64,000 nt of DNA from Phallusia mammillata (GCA_965637545.1 OZ281494.1:3100001-3164000), one strand, 5' to 3'; shown: positions 1 through 17,822, numbered from the stretch's first letter. Numbers and translations: made by a program. Notes: a model not told the origin generated them from the sequence alone.

Positions 1-26
1 CTACAATGTTAATTATGACATCATAC

Positions 27-5076
<5,050 letters not shown>

Positions 5077-5861
5077 GATCGTTGATCGTTGTATCCAACC
5101 ACCAGTTTATCTATACACGGATTGCCAGCTGTTGTGATTGGCTGGCTTGCTATCACGTGTCATACAGTCCAGCGGTTGGTGCACGGAATAGAGTTTTTCT
5201 ATTTGCTGAAAGAAAACACAAACTTTTTTTGAAACTGAAATTTTAGCGTGGACCTGCCTTCAAAAAACTATCCTGGGGAACCACGGGCAAAATGTTTCAA
5301 AGCACCTGACCCGAAAACGTATACGGCCCGGTAACATACTTCTCGCGGACCAGTACCGGCGGTTGACGACCATTGCTTTATTCGACCAAAAACGCATGCG
5401 TTTAGGTATTAAAGGCTGTCGATAAGCCTACGTTTAAAAAACTTCTCTTCTTCTTTACGAAGCAAAATTTAGCATCAAGAAATGATTTCGCTATTGTATA
5501 ATCCATCCAACATCTTTCTAATGCACATTTACTACGGTTTTTCAAAAATACACAGCGCCAAATGCCCAAGCTCCCTTCTGTAATCAAACCCCATCAAGAC
5601 ACTTGGAAAGCGAAATAATATTTTTCACTTCTGCAACAGATATAACTAAGTTCATGATAAAAAATACAATTTAGAACCACCTTCTTTCAAATACTACCAC
5701 GAGCAAATTATACGAGATCTTCCAGTAAAACGTCTTGTGACAGTTTAAGCAGTTAAGTTAATGCTGTTCGTCTAGCATCCGACAGTCAGGCAAACTACTT
5801 GCAGGCTCCATATGCACGACGTGCCGGCTTTAAAACCCTCAAGGGACCGACCATTTGTCTG

Positions 5862-5872
5862 CCTATATATGG
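5862..5872 (-). promoter_or_regulatory. TATA/CArG-like box, candidate promoter of the IGSF22-like gene
   Basis: cctatatatgg in a GC-richer island ~0.8 kb upstream of the ATG; has 7 W bases rather than the canonical CArG 6. Positional inference only. Confidence 0.25.
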
Positions 5873-6537
5873 GGCGTGCGTGAAAGGCGTGTGGCGGCCA
5901 GCACGTAAACGATTGTTTTGTCACAACTTTCAATTGTTATAATTGTTAAACTAAATCCCCGTTCCACAATGCTTATGGGTACTGGAGCTCTTTGGTTAGT
6001 GCAGGTGCTGTGAAATTATCACACCGTAAAGTTGCCCTTCAGGCATCAAAATTCTATCGGGGTCCTAAGAGGTTTAGTGTCATAAATAGCGATGAAGTAA
6101 CGAATATGAGACAACGCCTTGTTATAATGTTGACGTTACGTTTTGGAAACGGTGCAATTTTGAAATTGCGAAACCACTCCCTACGGCCAAGTTTTTGAGC
6201 GAACCAGAGGAAATTTGTCAATAAACGTTGATTTTCACATGCTTTGGCGGTCAATGTAGGCGAATTTGTTAGGTGGTCGGGAATAGTGCGTAACGAAACA
6301 TGGGATCAATTATACTGTCGTAATTTGTTTGATAGCAATGCCAACGTACAACTTTTTGCTGTTATTCAGCCGAAAAACTTTGATCATATCAATTTTGCTC
6401 AGCGTTGTGAATATATCCAAAGCATGTGAAAATGCGATTGCTAAACAAATTTTATGTAATTTAAATTTCGTATTTTCCTTCCAAAAAAAATCCAAAACGT
6501 TCCAACACTCGTAGAATGTGCAACCATTTCATACAAA

Positions 6538-7281
6538 TTATTGATTGAGTTTTTGTGTACAATACAACTCAAAGTCGTAAGCGTGCCTGAAAATACAGAC
6601 CCGACCTCGAAATCCGGTTAAAACCCAAAATTTGTTGAAACAAATCACAAATAAGGCCCAACATATGATTTACATACATGAAATTACAGCACAATTGTAG
6701 CCTAGTGTAAAGTAAGGCCCAAACACGGCAAGAAAATCATGACCCAATTAGTCTGATATTCCCACACAAACTTAATGCAAAACCTCTTAGCTTACCTCTT
6801 AATTTAAAAATTAACATTTATACTAATACACAAACTATAGCAATACGTACCTCACATACTTCACATGTCTTCCAATTAATGTCCACATAAAAGTGTACAG
6901 TCAGTGACAGCATTGTATTGTTACTTCTCTTGGTTGCCGAAATCATCCTCTACCCACAAAAATCTCATTTTTCCTGACTATGCACATTTGTATACGATAG
7001 ATTAAACTTCTGCTTCTATATTACCTAAGATCCAAATTTGTTATCTGTGAGATTTCTGCATTCAGGACTCTGTGGTTCTTGTAAGCCTGTGTAAGTTTGA
7101 AAAATAAAAACACGTATTGGTTTTTATACATTTTTACGTCCAAAACTTTTCCCCTTTCATTTGTTAGCACACGAACACGCTTTTGCTGACATAAGTTCTG
7201 CAACAAACGGTCTACTTTTCTGATAATTTGCCTACGCTTTTCTGCAATTTCCAACAACCTACAAGTTTCACTCACCGCCAT
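6538..7281 (-). other. Small spliced transcript (38-aa sORF or lncRNA)
   Basis: ATGGCG|gtgagt at 7276-7281, exon 7025-7086 (acacag|...ttag|gtaata), exon 6538-6586 (ttttcag|). Gives MAAYKNHRVLNAEISQITNLDLRHAYDFELYCTQKLNQ*; no recognised homology. Confidence 0.35.
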
Positions 7282-7700
7282 TGCTGTACAATGTCACAAT
7301 AACTGATTGTTTCATAACAAAGGAAATTAAAATTTGGCGCCGAATTTTTAGGTAATTTACAAGGTAAGTAGGGGACATACAATTAAAATTTTAATTGTGC
7401 AGTATTTCTGTTAATAAATTTGAGTTTATTAAAACGGATTGCAACAAAATATTCAAACCAGTTGCAATAAAAACGTAACAGTGTTGGACAGTCATCTTTC
7501 AAAAGCACAATTATAACAATATTTTTTGATGGTATTTTCGGATGCAACCTTTCGGTACACGTTGGAATGTTAATGACTCAATTGTAAAGGCGTTAAGTTT
7601 TAAAGTAAGTCGTTTCTTTTGCATGTGAAGTGGTTGGTGCTTGTTTTGAATTGAGTTATAGTTTAGTTTTTGTTTAAGAGATAATTTTCATTTGTTCACT

Positions 7701-10700
7701 ATGTTATTTATGTGGTAAGTTTTATTTGAAGTAGGCTATTGCTGTCAGGCATAATGTGTAACCAAGTACTGCTCATCCAGCAGTTTTATTGTAAACAATC
7801 GATGTTTCGACGTCCTATACAAGACGTCTTCATCAGGATAATGACATAACTATGTAGGCTAAGTTATATATATTGCGAGTAACATATTAAAGTTTTATTT
7901 TTAGCGTTTTTCTTTGCTTCCTTTTTGGAAAACGAGTATTTGGAGGTAAGGACGACCTCTTTTTGTTTTTACAACCTGCAGCTTTGCAAAATTGATGGAA
8001 ACACACCTTGATATTAAATATTTTATGCCAGTCTGTTTTATCTGTAGTATTTAAAACATGTGAGGTTCAAACCAGCATTTTTGTTCCTGGGCTATTCTGT
8101 TCTTTACAACAGTTACAACACCAAGTTTCAAATAATCCCTTTTTTTCGGTAGAGCTACTAACACTGAGCTTCACCTTTGGCCCGACCTGAGAACTTCTGG
8201 TAGGTGGCGCAAAAGAGCATAGGCGTTTATGGTGCTGACTCAGCAATTATTCTTACCATAAACCCAAATTGCTGTAACAGCACCATAAACGCCTATGCTC
8301 TGTTGCGCCACCTACCAGAAGTTCTCAGGTCGGGCCAAAGGTGAAGCTCAGTGTTAGTAGCTCTACCCTTTTTTTCATCCGCAGCCATCTTGGTATTTTA
8401 ATTAAACCATATACGAATGCGCTTTGTCCAACTGTGTTCTCTGTAGCACATATACGATGCGAGGTTTAAACCAGCATTTTTTCTCTTTTTTGTCTCTGTA
8501 TTTTTTGCAACACCCAACCAAATTTTATATAAACGCAGTTTTAACTTTATATATCACGGTATTTTTCAGAATACAGCGGCCAGCCAATAGAATGCGATCC
8601 TCCCTGCAACGAGTCGACGACGGTCTGCACCCAATACTTGTAGGCTAATAACCTCGTGCACGTTTTTTGTAAATCTTAACAATCTGCTGAAGTATGTTTG
8701 TGCATTTCAGGGGTGATTTCACCTGCTTAATTGTCAATATTTCTCCAGACCAGAAGTGCGTCCCCAAGTGTCGCGATCCAGAGGATTGCCTCGAATTGAC
8801 GTAAGAAAATAGTGTCGACAGTTATATTTATTTTTTTCAGTGTTAATTAATGTCAGCATCATTTTTTACACGCAACTTTTACTTACTTATCCACACAATG
8901 AAAGCGGTTCGGCAACTTGTAATGATGGCCGCGTAATCCTTTGCTGTTTTGTTTAGCGAAATAAAAACTAATTTAAAAACCTTTCATTGCACAACATATC
9001 AACTGTCATCCATCTTTTTACGTTTTTTTTCTGTGATTAAAAGCCAATGAACGATAAGTAAGCTGCAGACATTGCACACTGTTTTTTCTTTATAAGGTCG
9101 CATCTGTGCAGCTGGTGACGAGACCGGAGTTTACCTACTTTATATAGGTGTAACTTTATATAGGTGTAACTTGTTTGAGGTTTGCGTACTTTATATAGGT
9201 GTAACTTTATATAGGTGTAACCAATTATAAAAAGAATGCCGCAGCCTAAAAAAGGTCGAAAAACTCTGTTCTAAGCCACTTGCTACGTGCAGAGGCATAA
9301 AGGTCTGGATCGTTTTGCTGTAATCCTGTGATTTTTATGTTTAATGTAGGAATGGTGAAACGATGTGCAACTATGGGAGAATGGTTCTGCACTTCTGTGA
9401 TTCCCAACCTTGTAGAAACGGAGCGACATGTTCGGAGAGGAAAAATCTGATCGGGATTAATGTTGGTTTCAGGTACAGTTTTTAACCATGTTGTTTTCAC
9501 TTTCGTTCACACTTTTAGCTGAGTTTATTTCGTATATTTGATCGAACAGAAAAAAATATAAATTGTTTTCTAAGTTGATCGTTGGTTTGAGCTTTACAGA
9601 ATTGTGCTTAACAAGGGCCCATGCCAGTTGTAGAGCCTAATATACCAAAACACTTAAAAACCTAAAGATCCACATGCTTTTTATTAATAAACGGTCAAAT
9701 AGGCATGTTTAACATAAACAATTACACATACATCTACTCTAAAATATAATTTTGTTGCAAGCTGTATCCTTCGTAAGCTTTCCCCTTGGTGAACGAACAA
9801 TTTAAATAACTGATCCGTCGTTTCTACGTCTCATTACCAGTTGGTGGTTTACTACCATATATAAAAGCTATGCTCAAGGTTGCCATCGACATGGACCTCG
9901 AAATAAGGACAACCGAAAAAATAGACTTTCATACCATCGCGTGTCATATTATTTGCCAGAAACAATCTCTTCCAGCAACTTCTTGTTCTTAGAAAATACT
10001 TCGTCCATCTCACGACAGCCCAGGTCTAGGTTTACTTTCACTTTTAGCAGGGACTTGACTAGTAATTGTTGAAAATAAGACAAAATAAGGACTCAAGTCA
10101 AAAACAAGGACAGTTCTTAGAAATATGTACAATAACTTTTTCTAAGACATTGCTCTCAAAATAAGGACAAATCTTAGAAATAAGGACGGTTGGCAACCCT
10201 GCCTATACTTAATCGTCGACAAGAAATGTGAAAGGCTTTACTCTTTTTCCACCAGGTGTCAGTGTACTCCACAGTGGGTTGGGGTGATTTGTGACAAACC
10301 GAAATCCGATGCTTGCACCCCTGATCCATGTCAGAACGGGTGCAAGTGCATGCCATCTTGTAGACACGAGAGAGGTTATCAATGTGTAGGGGAAGAAACC
10401 GGATACATCGGAACCAATTGCGACATCGGTAAAATACCTGTAATATTTTCTATGGAACTTAACAATTATATTTTTAGTCTATTTAAGAATATGTTACAAA
10501 GTATCTTTCAACCGTCGCCTTTAGGGTGCTTTAGTTGATTTTGAAAGTGTAAATTTTCAGCATACATTTATCGTAAAACTTTGAGTTTGTAAAAATGCAA
10601 TTAAACAGTAGTTATAAGTGTAATTGGTCGTGAAGCTCACGATGTATCTCATGTTTGATTCGTAAACACTTCTTAGCAACACAAGATAAACGGTAGTTGT

Positions 10701-13700
10701 TGTCATAGAATACAGTAGGACGCCTAAATAGTAAATAAGCAACCATACATTTAATTCCAGCTGTTCCATCTGTTGACTGTGGTGAAAATGAAATGGTGGT
10801 CGGAATTTCCAGGGCTTTTTACGAAGAGTTTGACGGTTCAATCGAAAACAGTTTTATGTTCGCCAACCCGTCAGCAAATCAACAAGTGCAGAGCGACGAC
10901 CAATGCGCAGGTTAAATATCACGTGCTTTATGGGTTAAACGTGTATTGTAAAGTAAAAACTTACATAGTAAAACTGTTTGGTTTTAAAGTCGAAAAATTT
11001 GAGTATTGTTTTTCAACAGTTTATTTTGTAAAACACCGAACATATTTTGTTCTCCATATTTCGTTTACTTAACTGCAAATGGGATAAGATAGTTGCTGAA
11101 GTATTTCAATAATAAAGCAGGTAGCCTTTGAGTGTAATGTCATAACCAGCATTTAGGAACCAGCATGAGTAACAGCGTGGTGACCGACCGATCTGTCTTC
11201 ACTGATCAAATGCACAAAAATACTCAAGGCTGCCTATATACATGTTTCGAAAATAAACGATTTCATTGTCACTAATCTTCTGCCGCACTTACGTAATTTG
11301 TAAATGTAGTTTTTAACATTTCTTTGGGCCAGTGTATTTCCTACAAAACCGGTTGTTTGTTTTTAACTTCTCATTGCAGCCGAGATTTCCACCAATGGCG
11401 ATGTCCAACTAAGAATAAGTCTCCCTTTCATCGGTCAATGCGGTACCCGAATGGGAAACGATTCAGTAGCGGGAGGAATCGTTTTCGAGAACCGGATCTG
11501 GATAAACCGAAACACAAATTTGAAAATCGATATGCCGGTTCCGGTTCTCGATTTCAGCTGCGTCTACGCGCGTCAGTACGATATTATGTCGTCTTTAGAA
11601 CCACTGTAAGTGTTTGTTTGATTGTTATGTCATAAACCTAAAAGATTATTTATACTACATTCGTTTTTCCATAATGTTGTAAGCATTTTTTTCTTGACCA
11701 ATATTTTAACAGTCCAGGTAGATTGGTGATATCATGCATTTTGCTAATAACAATTATAAGTATGTTTGGTTGGCAATCGGCCAACACAATTTTGAAATAA
11801 TTTGCTTTGTGTCATCCTTTTCTTTAAATTGAATCCAAATTTAAATGGAAGTATTCTTGCCATTGAAGGAACAGATTCAGTGCCACTTTCATTAATTTAT
11901 TTTAGGTATACATTTGCCAGTAGAACAAAACAGTTTCTTGAATGTAACCCCGTATATCAACCAGCATGTATTTTGTCACAGAACCGACCCAAACGTGGTG
12001 AAAATAGTTCGAAGTGGAAGTTTCGAAGCGAACGTTGAAATGTGCAAGATTTCATCCTGTCCACAAAAATGTCCAACTCAATACCAAGTATTGAATGAAG
12101 CTGTTTACACGATTGGTGAAATGATACATGTTCGCATAAATGTCGAAACTAATCAGGTATGAAAACAAGCGAAACCGTTTTTAAAATTGTAAATTAACCG
12201 GTTTTAAACGCTGCATATTCAGTGCTTAAAGAGCTATACTGTTTTTGCGTAATCTGTTGGAATTTAAAACAAATTTATTGATTAATAGATTTTTAAAGTG
12301 ATTCCCATCACTAATAATATTGTAGGGAAAATTTGCCTTAAGCACGAAAAAACTTGTTAGTATTATTTCCAGAAAAACATGTCCAAGTCCTAATTTTTTA
12401 TCTCCGATCTGCAATGTCAAAACATTGACTCATTAAATTTGTTGTTACAATTTTAATTGTTTTTCTTACTGCATCTTACAACAGGGTTTTCAAATCTTTT
12501 TTTTTTTGCTTCCGAAACTCTTAACTACCACATTGGCAGAAAACACCAAAACAAAATAAAAATCGTTTACACTAATAATGTTATGTATTTCACTACCTTG
12601 AAGATAAAGATACATAAGATCAATAGACCTTTTCATCCAGTGGTGGGACTCAGTCGGTACGCACTGGTTCTATAGAACCGTCTCCAAAAATTTTTATGAG
12701 ATCAGCGACTGAAAAATATGACTTTTGTGGTAAAACGGCTGACAAAAAATTTGAAGTCCACCACTGGTTCTAACATTGCCTCGCACACCCTAACACACTG
12801 TTGCTAAATTCTCACGTCCGATGGTAAAAATGGTGTTTGATAGTTTTGGCAAAAGTGAAAACTTGCGTAATTCTTCCAACAGAAGCTACTTAATCAGCCC
12901 GATCTGGTTCTCACTGTGGAGGACATCTTCCTCTCGTGTTCGTCCGACATTTTTATGCCTGAATTCGCACAAATCGTCGCTGAAACTTCTAGGTAAGCTT
13001 CACAATTAGAGGTAGCTATATTATGTTCTGTTGATCTGCAAAAGACTGTAGACTTGTATTGTATCCGACATTACTTGTTTAACCTATTCAAAAAAGGAAA
13101 AATTTTAGTTTTGTTGTATGGTAATATCGTTTAATTTAAAGGACTTTAAACTTAGTTAAGAAAATTTAAAAACATTGCTTAAATGCTTTCATACATTGCA
13201 TAACGTACAAAACAAAACGTTTCGTTATATTTATTGCAGTTGTCCAGGAAATCCCGGTTTTCCTTTCTCGGTCACTTCCGGACAAATCGCTTCCCCTCAT
13301 TCGGTTTGTCTTTCCTTCCAGGTTCCCAAAGCGGCCAATTGCGATTTATTTTTCCTCCATGCAAGACTTTCTCTCTGTGCTGCCGTTAATGTGAAGGTAA
13401 AACGTCACTGCGAGTTTTTCTTGGCACTGTTTCTAAAATATTCCATAAAATATATTCACATTACATTTTTCTATTTCGCACACTAACATGTTTAAATTAA
13501 AGGCATAGATAAGACGAACATAAATTCATAAATAAGATCGGCCCTGAAGCGTCTATGCCGACCCACAATCACGGCACACTCGTATATAAATCATATTACG
13601 CCAGGCCCATTTAAGGCACCAGGCGGTCACCAAGCATTCACCACCATATGGCAAGGATAGGCTTGAAAAATCTAACCTGCGGTCGGATTCGATCCCCCAC

Positions 13701-14546
13701 GACAAGAGTCTTTCGGGAAGATAAACAGATTCGTGTTTGACGCAAAAACATAAAAAATGAAACAAGCAAGGCGTTTTTATCAATTTATAAATTCATTAAA
13801 CCTCAACCCAAATATGTTTTCACAGTCGTGTGAACATCCGAACTTCGCATACTGCGCGTCTCGCTCCAAGCGCTCATCCGATGATCATGACGTCATGAGT
13901 AATGACGTAACTTACACGTTCATCGGCCCCATCCACATTCTGCGAGGTTCGAGAGGGCGAAAAATCGAACAACTCCTCATCGATGGTCAACCCGGGAATG
14001 TGGTTACGTTTACGGACGATAAGGATCCGGACGATTATCCTTCCACTCCTCCGACAAACAGGCATAGCGGAGGTAAGTAAGAGTTTACTTATTTCAACGA
14101 GCGAACATTTTTCCGAAACCACTTACGGATGTTTATTTAATTTAGAGGAACTAAATCGCAAAATATTTATTTGTGGATCTTTTTGTGTGCAAAATTTACG
14201 CAGGTACAGGCCGTGGTTTAGACATTTTTACGTGATAATTCGTGTGATTAAATGTTCCCGTGAAATCGTAAGAACTACATAAAGCTTGTGTTACATTTTA
14301 TTGTACACGTTTCATCAAATTCAGTTTTGTAATGACTACTTAACGCTTGTTCACGTCTTGCATCACTAAGATGGTCTGAGATTTCGTAGATAGTTGTAAA
14401 ATAATTTAAATTGTTTTTCAGATCTGATGAGAGTTTTCCTCGTCTTGGGAATATGCGCAATCGCTACGACGAGTTTCATTATTTTTGCTTTTTATTTCAT
14501 TCGTCGATGGAAATCAAATCGCCGCACGTTGGCGCTAGAGACCTAA
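7701..14546 (+). CDS. EGF-repeat + ZP-domain type I membrane protein (vitelline/egg-coat-like), 566 aa
   Basis: Exons 7701-7714, 7905-7945, 8570-8639, 8711-8800, 9350-9472, 10256-10428, 10761-10910, 11380-11605, 11982-12156, 12883-12992, 13240-13396, 13826-14072, 14422-14546 (1701 nt, all phases fit). Signal peptide MLFMCVFLCFLFGKRVFG; Cys-rich region plus two EGF repeats (CDSQPCRNGATC...CQCTPQWVGVIC; CTPDPCQNGCKC...GYIGTNC); ZP-N (VDCGENEMVVGISR...QCGT...DFSCVY); ZP-C; furin site RSKR; external hydrophobic patch TFIGPIHIL; TM VFLVLGICAIATTSFIIFAFYFI. Confidence 0.92.
7785..7850 (-). ncRNA. Minimal hammerhead-ribozyme-like motif (Penelope-type), family A
   Basis: Minus strand: CTGATGA a gacgtctt-gtat-aggacgtc GAAA c; 8-bp helix II. 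Flanks shared with the copy at 30091-30150. Cleavage triplet and helix I not convincingly intact. Confidence 0.55.
8148..8367. mobile_element. Foldback MITE with 9-bp TSD (Mutator/MULE-like)
   Basis: ~89-bp near-perfect inverted arms (ggtagagctactaacactgagc...gtgctg, 8148-8236 and 8279-8367) flanked by identical ctttttttc at 8139-8147 and 8368-8376. Confidence 0.85.
9137..9221. repeat. 16-bp unit actttatataggtgta, two dimers separated by a 19-nt spacer
   Basis: Copies at 9137, 9153, 9188 and 9204. Confidence 0.9.
9875..10201. mobile_element. hAT-type MITE
   Basis: Ends caaggttgcca / tggcaaccctg; several subterminal aaataaggac repeats; degenerate 8-bp TSD gctatgct / cctatact. Confidence 0.7.
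12638..12766. mobile_element. MITE family CAGTGGTGGGATTC, internally deleted inverted copy
   Basis: Ends cagtggtgggac / gtccaccactg; shares ggttctatagaaccg and tgagatcagcga with copies at 22661, 27038 and 48983. Confidence 0.75.
13545..13720 (-). mobile_element. tRNA-derived SINE (same family as 2329-2500)
   Basis: Reverse complement contains a B-box-like gtgggggatcgaatcc, ggttagatttttc and the tail ccttgccatatggtggtgaatgcttggtg...gggcctggcgtaatatgattt. Confidence 0.7.
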
Positions 14547-15477
14547 ACACCGTCGTTGTCAAACAGCAAAGTTCCTGTTGATGGTTTTGCTTGCAAATAA
14601 ATAACAAACTTTGTAGTTACGTGAGATGTTTTGATCTGAACGTATTTATATCAAAGCACACAGTTTAGGACAGCAAAATGAGTTTATTATTGAGTTGTGT
14701 AATATCAGTTCAGAGGGATTGCTAGTTTTGTCCTTATTTCGAAACCGGTGTTCGTGTTACGAGAGAAAAAAATTGAATTTGATGCCATTAAAATATATGT
14801 CTGTGTTGTTCTAAAACTGGCCTGTAATGACTTTTTAAGCCTCAAAAGGTACAGGATTCTAACATTTTCAGACCAAGTACACAAAAAGTCTTAAGTTTAG
14901 ATTATTTATTAGGCTTAATAGGACATGTTGGCGATAGTTCCTGAAATAAGAACTTGTAATATACGCACAGCAGTGGCGAAGTGTTAAACGTCCTAAAATG
15001 GCATTTAATTCCAAGCTTCGTCAAATTTAATAAGATTTGTACCACGCGACATGCAAATGGTGAGACGAATTTAGTACAAGCAGTGACAGGAAAAGCGAAG
15101 ACCTGATTAATCGATAGAATCACAGTGTTAAAGAAACATACACAAGATGACAGGATAGGAGGATTGGACAATTAAATACAACGACAAGATAAGTTAAATG
15201 ACAGATTGAGGCTAAGACTTTAGGATGCCTGATTAAACGAAGAATAAATTATAGCACAGTATTTTCAGGTAAACGGTAGAAAAAAGGATAAATGTGGGAA
15301 TGTGCGCAAGTTAGAAAAGTGCAAACGACAAACTAAGGTAAAAGGTACAAAACCAACAAATAAAATCGGAATGGATATCTCAACATTTTCTAGAAAGCGT
15401 TTTAACTAAATAAAAATCTGTGCAAATTACAAAATTATTTTAAACATTGTTTTTGGTTTGGGGAAACCCCGAGATGA

Positions 15478-17720
15478 TCACATGACCGGAACGGCCTGCT
15501 GCTCAAGATAGGTGTCGCTGCGGGCACCGAGCTTCGCCAGACGTTTGTTCTCCCGTAAAAGTTCGTTTTGGACGTGCTGCGTTTCGTTGGCGGCCCCGCG
15601 GAATTTCCTCAACATCCATTCAGCAGTGCTCCGCTGGTTCTGAGCGCTCACCACTTGGGCTTTCGCCTTAATAACTCTTTTCCCTATATCTTTCTCTTTG
15701 GCATCAACCTCCGAGACGCACTCCCGAATTTTGCCGGTGTTTCTCGCTTTAACCTTCACAAGTTGCTGTTCGAGCTTTTGTGCAGTTTGCTCTAAACTCT
15801 TGCGGCCATGCTCGTTCTGCCTGCACTTCTGGTACAACTGATGCTCCATCTCGTTGTCGTGCTGCACAATGCGAGTAAACGTACGCAGAAGATCCTTGTT
15901 GCGGCGTTGCACAAAATCGCGGTAATTCTGGTCAAACGCCTTCTCCCAATTGTCTTGTCGTTTCTGGTTATTCTCGCGAACCGCGCTTTGGGTCTTACGA
16001 ATCGCCACTTGCTTTTTCACAGCGTGCGCTTGGACATTCCTCTGGTACTCCTTCCTCTGTTTATCCAGCTCCGCAGCCTCCGCGGCTTCTTGAAGCTTCT
16101 TCTGCGCTGCGATGTTGCTCTCAACCAGATTCCGGTTATCAGTAACGCGGCGGTCACCTTCACGGCTTCGTTCCAGCAGATGGGATTTGTTACTTGCCAA
16201 AACAGCACTGGCTTGCCTTCTTCTGTTCTCCGAGGATCGGTTGATGCCGTCGGTTTTGCTCAACTTCTTATTTAAATCCTCATCATGCTGCCGGGACTCG
16301 CTGATGTATCTCTGAGCCTGAACGCGCTCTTGCCTTTTAAACTCAGCATCGGCTATTTTGCCCTTCAAAGACTCTAAATTCATCTGCATGGCTAAGTTGG
16401 AAAGTTCCTTTGCGAGATGGAAAGTCTCATTTTCTTTTCGTTTGAGCCGATCCTCGAACTCCTGCGTCATCTTCCGGATTTGGCTCTTCCGAAGCTCGAG
16501 CTCCGTCGTCTTGGATCTGTACTGTCGCTCTGCATCAGTTACCACCAGAGCGTTCTTCCTCATCTTATCCTTGGTCTGTTGAAGATCCGAATGTCCTTTG
16601 GTGATTCTCTGCTTTGTTCTGTCCTCTTTTGCGTGCGCAGCTTCGGAGCGAATCTTCTTCACTTTCTGGAGACTCTCGTTTAATCTCTTCTCTTCGTCTA
16701 GCATCTTTTTACTCATGGACTGCTCAAACTCTCTCATGGTCCTCTGTACTGCTCTCTTCTTCTTCGTTACATCTCCCTCCACCCTCTTTAGCTCCCTCTC
16801 CTCCTGCTTGTGCTGCCACATGTGATCCTCGATGATCTTCATCCTTTTCTCGAACTCCTTTTGGTCAGCCGCGATGCGATTGGTCAGCGCCACCACCCCC
16901 ATTGGCTCCCGGTCGGATCTTGGACCACGTGGTGAGACATTGAGAGCTTGAACTTTGTAGGAGTGCGTGTATCTAGAACAGGGTAAAGACATTGTTAATT
17001 TAAGTTTCGCTTTGTAAGAGCACGTGCGTAATTAGAAAGCCTTACGTCCACGGTTTGGAAAGTCGCCTAATCAAATACGAACCTACTAGAGCTTGCTATA
17101 AACAGAAAACGTGTCTAAAAGCTTAACTATTCTATATGTAGACACGTAAGGACAAAATGGATGATGTCATAAGTTATAGCAAAATGGGATTGACGATTAC
17201 AATATACAATAAGCTGTCTGATAGCTTTGATTTAATAAGATTAAATTTGCCTTGGGTTGAAAAAGCGATTTTGTCAATACACGATTTTATTTTATTTTTA
17301 ATAATTAAACGATTTGCTATCAATGAACAAAGAGGCGTGGATAATAGATGGATAAAATCTTAACATATATCAGTTTCATATAACTTACCTGTTGGAATCT
17401 AGGAAGCCAGCAGGGCCGAGAGTTCGGTCGTATTCCTTCAGAAACCTGGCATATGCAACTCCACTTTGTTTAAACTCATCATCACCAACCTCCGGCCCGA
17501 ATCCAGTGGAAGATGCCCGAGGACTTTTTGGCTCTTTTGGTTCCGACTTCCCAAACTGAGGAAGAGTGACGCTGCTTGGCCGGTAGGTGGTAGCATAACG
17601 GAATGTAAGTTTAGGTTTAATCTCAAAAGGAAGATTGGTGAGTGTATGATATTCCGTCGTCGCCTTGGGACCACGATCCAGATAAGGGACGTTCATTCCA
17701 TGACCAAGATGAGACGGCAT
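15478..17720 (-). CDS. Uncharacterised K/E/R/Q-rich coiled-coil protein, 608 aa
   Basis: Exon 17389-17720 (MPSHLGHG...DSNR, donor gtaagt) spliced in phase 2 to the 1495-nt exon 15478-16972 (ctag|a tac acg). Long open frame with charged helical composition; family not recognised. Confidence 0.85.
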
Positions 17721-17822
17721 GTTTATCAGTGAGAAACACAAAAACTATTTCCTATTAAAAACTTGGTAGTATGAAATTGTATCGGTTAGGTTACTTTTAC
17801 ATTGGCTTAAAAAAGAAATGCT

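Noticed and set aside
6845-6947. Minus-strand peptide MLSLTVHFYVDINWK resembling a hAT transposase motif
   Set aside because: In-frame stop immediately upstream and no other transposase motifs nearby; likely chance.
9137-9221. Repeat-spacer-repeat pattern resembling CRISPR
   Set aside because: Eukaryotic intron, adjacent 16-bp units, a single spacer, no cas genes.
15568-16835. Many + strand and alternative-frame ORFs over the coiled-coil exon
   Set aside because: Shadow ORFs of a GC-rich coding exon; no splice or start context of their own.
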